Source: Tubiluchus corallicola
Lineage: Eukaryota; Animalia; Priapulida
DNA length: 64,000 bases
Assembly: GCA_030141605.1 (NCBI GenBank)
Contig: JAQGDQ010000291.1
Span: 230,618 to 294,617 of the forward strand
Direction: 5' to 3'
Shown here: positions 61,597-64,000 of the stretch, one piece after another
How positions within the stretch are numbered: position 1 is the stretch's first letter
How the letters are laid out: the number at the start of each line of letters is the position of its first letter
The notes under the pieces: generated by a model
Database searches by the model: none
Told to the model about the DNA's origin: nothing
What the model saw: only the letters and a program-made list of their open reading frames with translations
Position numbers and translations under genes: made by a program

Positions 61597-61956
61597 AAGC
61601 AAGAGTTCATCACCACTACAACAAGAGCGACTCCGCCTCCACCCACAAAGGCAACCAGGCCACCAACAAGAGCAACTAGACCTCCACCCACAAGGGCAAC
61701 CAGGCCACCAACAAGGGCGACTAGGCCTCCACCACAAGGGCAACCACTGCCCACTTTGGCAACCAGGTTACCACCACTCCCAACAATAACAGCGCGCCCA
61801 GAACCAGTCATTGCAGGAGAATTTATGGAACAGATCACAGAAATACAAGTACCCGAAGAAAAGACAAGAAACGATGTCGTCTATTTTGAGCCTAATGGCT
61901 TTGGCTATCTAGGTAAACAGCAGCCTAGCAACAAACACCAAGGTTACAATAGCTAA
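61597..61956 (+). pseudogene. Truncated inverted copy of the 3' end of the Pro/Thr/Arg-rich gene (frame still open)
   Basis: 61621-61956 is the reverse complement of 55880-55536 with -1, -5 and -3 nt indels and a few substitutions. Confidence 0.65.
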
Positions 61957-64000
61957 ACGACATGTATTCCTAGATGATAGCTTAAGTAAAACAGCTGGGT
62001 AAATTAACCAGTACTCGTAGAAATGAGTGAAATTAAAGGAAAGGACACGTCATTTAGCATGTTGTGTTTATTTTACTACCATCACTTAAATTTAGAAAAC
62101 ATAAAGAAATTTGCAAAAACTGTCAAACGCTTGAAGTTAATTTATACAGCCCACTGCATAGAAATTTTCAGGCGTAACCGCCATTCACTTGAAAATCATG
62201 ACGTAACTGGTGGACCTCGTGACTTTTCGTTAGCGCATTGTAGCTTTCCGTAAGCACCCACGCTTCATGAGCTAATTCATATTTCTGCACTTTACCTAGT
62301 GTTCATACAAAAATATCACAAAATTAGCTGTCTAATTTTTTGCAAAAGCTTCTTATTTGCTTTTCAGTCGACAAATGACATCATTGGTGGAAACTTTGAC
62401 GTTTAAAATAAGAGCGTTCAAGCGTGAAATAATCGCGATTTTAAAACTTCTTGCACCAGACACTTATTGCACTTTTATTACTGAACCTTTCTTGCATTTT
62501 TCGTGAACATGGAGATGAGCGAAACTTCCCATAGGACTTGGCCTTTCCTTTAAGAGGCGAAAGAGAAATAGCCGGAAGTTATTTATTATTATTGATGTAC
62601 TGTAATTTTTTGACGTATTGTTTGCTTGCTGTATTTGTCTATACTTTCCTTACTTGGAATGCACTGCAGTTTCAGAATCAGGAAGCTTTTCACCTTTTCT
62701 GCAGGTAATACATGCAATTAACACTGTGTTGTAAAAATTAATAATTTCATTGCAATATGATGATTGTAATAATTGTGTGTTGTATTTTACGACGAGTATT
62801 CGCTGCTCTGAGACCTGCGACTAGTTTGTATAATTGTCTAAGTTTTCAATTTTTATATTATATTGATTTTGCTGTGCAGTTTTTACATTGTTGTAATAAA
62901 TAGCTGTCATTTAAAAATCAATAATTCTTAGGATCAATAAATCAATAATAGCTGCTACAAGTGCTGAACTAACTTGTCCAACATACGTGTTTCTGTAATA
63001 AAACGCCGAGATTAAAAAAATGATACTTTTTCTAGCTATTTAGTGCAGTGGTACATTTCTAATATATATACTCGAATGAACGGGTTCTGCTTAAAAATCT
63101 ATCCATTACTTTACATATGTATATAGAAAATTTTGCAAAGCAGATAGACTTAGTTAATATTAAATAGTAATGAACACAACCACAGAAACGTTCCAATATA
63201 AGACGTGTAATTCAGTGAGCAGTTATATTCGCAAAATTCAAGTTTATCTCATGACATATAAGTTTTCTAATATAACGTAACGAATTGTAATTGTAATATC
63301 ATGTCATAATGTAACGTTCTGGCCTGCAATGTACATAAAAAGTAATTAAAATCCACGCAAATAAACTGCTGAAACAAATGTTTAGTTTTAAGTCTTGAAC
63401 ACAAAAAGCCTTTATTAAATTAGAACACATTTCACCGGTATTGCGTTCACAATACATAATTACGTACATAATTTTTTATGGCTGAGTTTCCTATGCAACA
63501 CATTTACTATGTAGTTTATAACATATCATAAGAACAAACTTAGTCGTTTACCTATTATCTCCGTATTGCGCCTACTATAACTACCAGTACAAAATGATAA
63601 CAACACAAATTGCTAAAAAAACTCGCAAATGAATCGAGAGTAGACGTGTTTTATACTGACGTAGTCAATGAAAGAAATTTGTCGGTAAAGATGTATCTAT
63701 CACAGTCAAATGCCAAAGACCTATAATAAAACTCAGTTATAATTTCCCTGTCAAATTTCTTAGAAGCCATGCACAAAATTTAAATCAATTCTGGAACATT
63801 TACAGATTAGATTTACAGTTCTTCGAGTTTCATAACCTTCTTGCTGTACGAGTGCTTAAATCGTGTACTTCAAAAATAAGTCTTGCTAAATCTACATTAC
63901 TATAATTATCCTTTTTCTAATGGTATTCCAGTTTGTTATTCTAACCGATATGTAGCATCTATGGCGTTTATGTGTAGTAGTAAGACGCAGCCACAGTCGA
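61619..64000. repeat. Right arm of a large inverted duplication (partner 55880-53483); continues past the window end
   Basis: Reverse-complement match readable throughout; for example the window end ...aagacgcagccacagtcga pairs with 53483 tcgactgtggctgcgtctt. Confidence 0.95.
62037..62549 (+). mobile_element. MITE family A, copy 5 (duplicate of copy 4 in the inverted arm)
   Basis: TTAA at 62033-62036 and 62550-62553, same TIRs. Confidence 0.85.

Overview
AT-rich, intron-rich eukaryotic (invertebrate metazoan-like) genomic DNA, not prokaryotic. Splicing GT-AG exons by hand gives four protein-coding loci in two convergent pairs. (1) An Atos/FAM214-family gene (+, 12 well-supported coding exons 9444-27912, plus a candidate first exon at 1746-1788; about 1180-1200 aa). 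(2) HDHD2 (-, 6 exons, 36874-31416, 262 aa). (3) A secreted tectonin/tachylectin-1-type beta-propeller lectin (+, 10 coding exons, 43411-53440, 562 aa) whose 12 blades form an (ABC)x4 pattern. (4) An unrecognised Pro/Thr/Arg-rich repeat protein (-, large last exon 57197-55536) with three copies of a K-Q-x-x-S-x-K-H-x-G-Y motif; its 5' end is not found. From about 61619 to the window end there is a near-identical inverted copy of 55880-53483, giving a large palindrome. About 12 kb (roughly 19%) of the window is intronic mini/microsatellite. Mobile elements include TTAA-flanked Kolobok/T2-type MITEs, a nested solo LTR, a tRNA-derived SINE, a 5S-rRNA-derived SINE and LINE debris. Most long ORFs in the ORF track are satellite artefacts. 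All family assignments are from recalled motifs; no database search was run.
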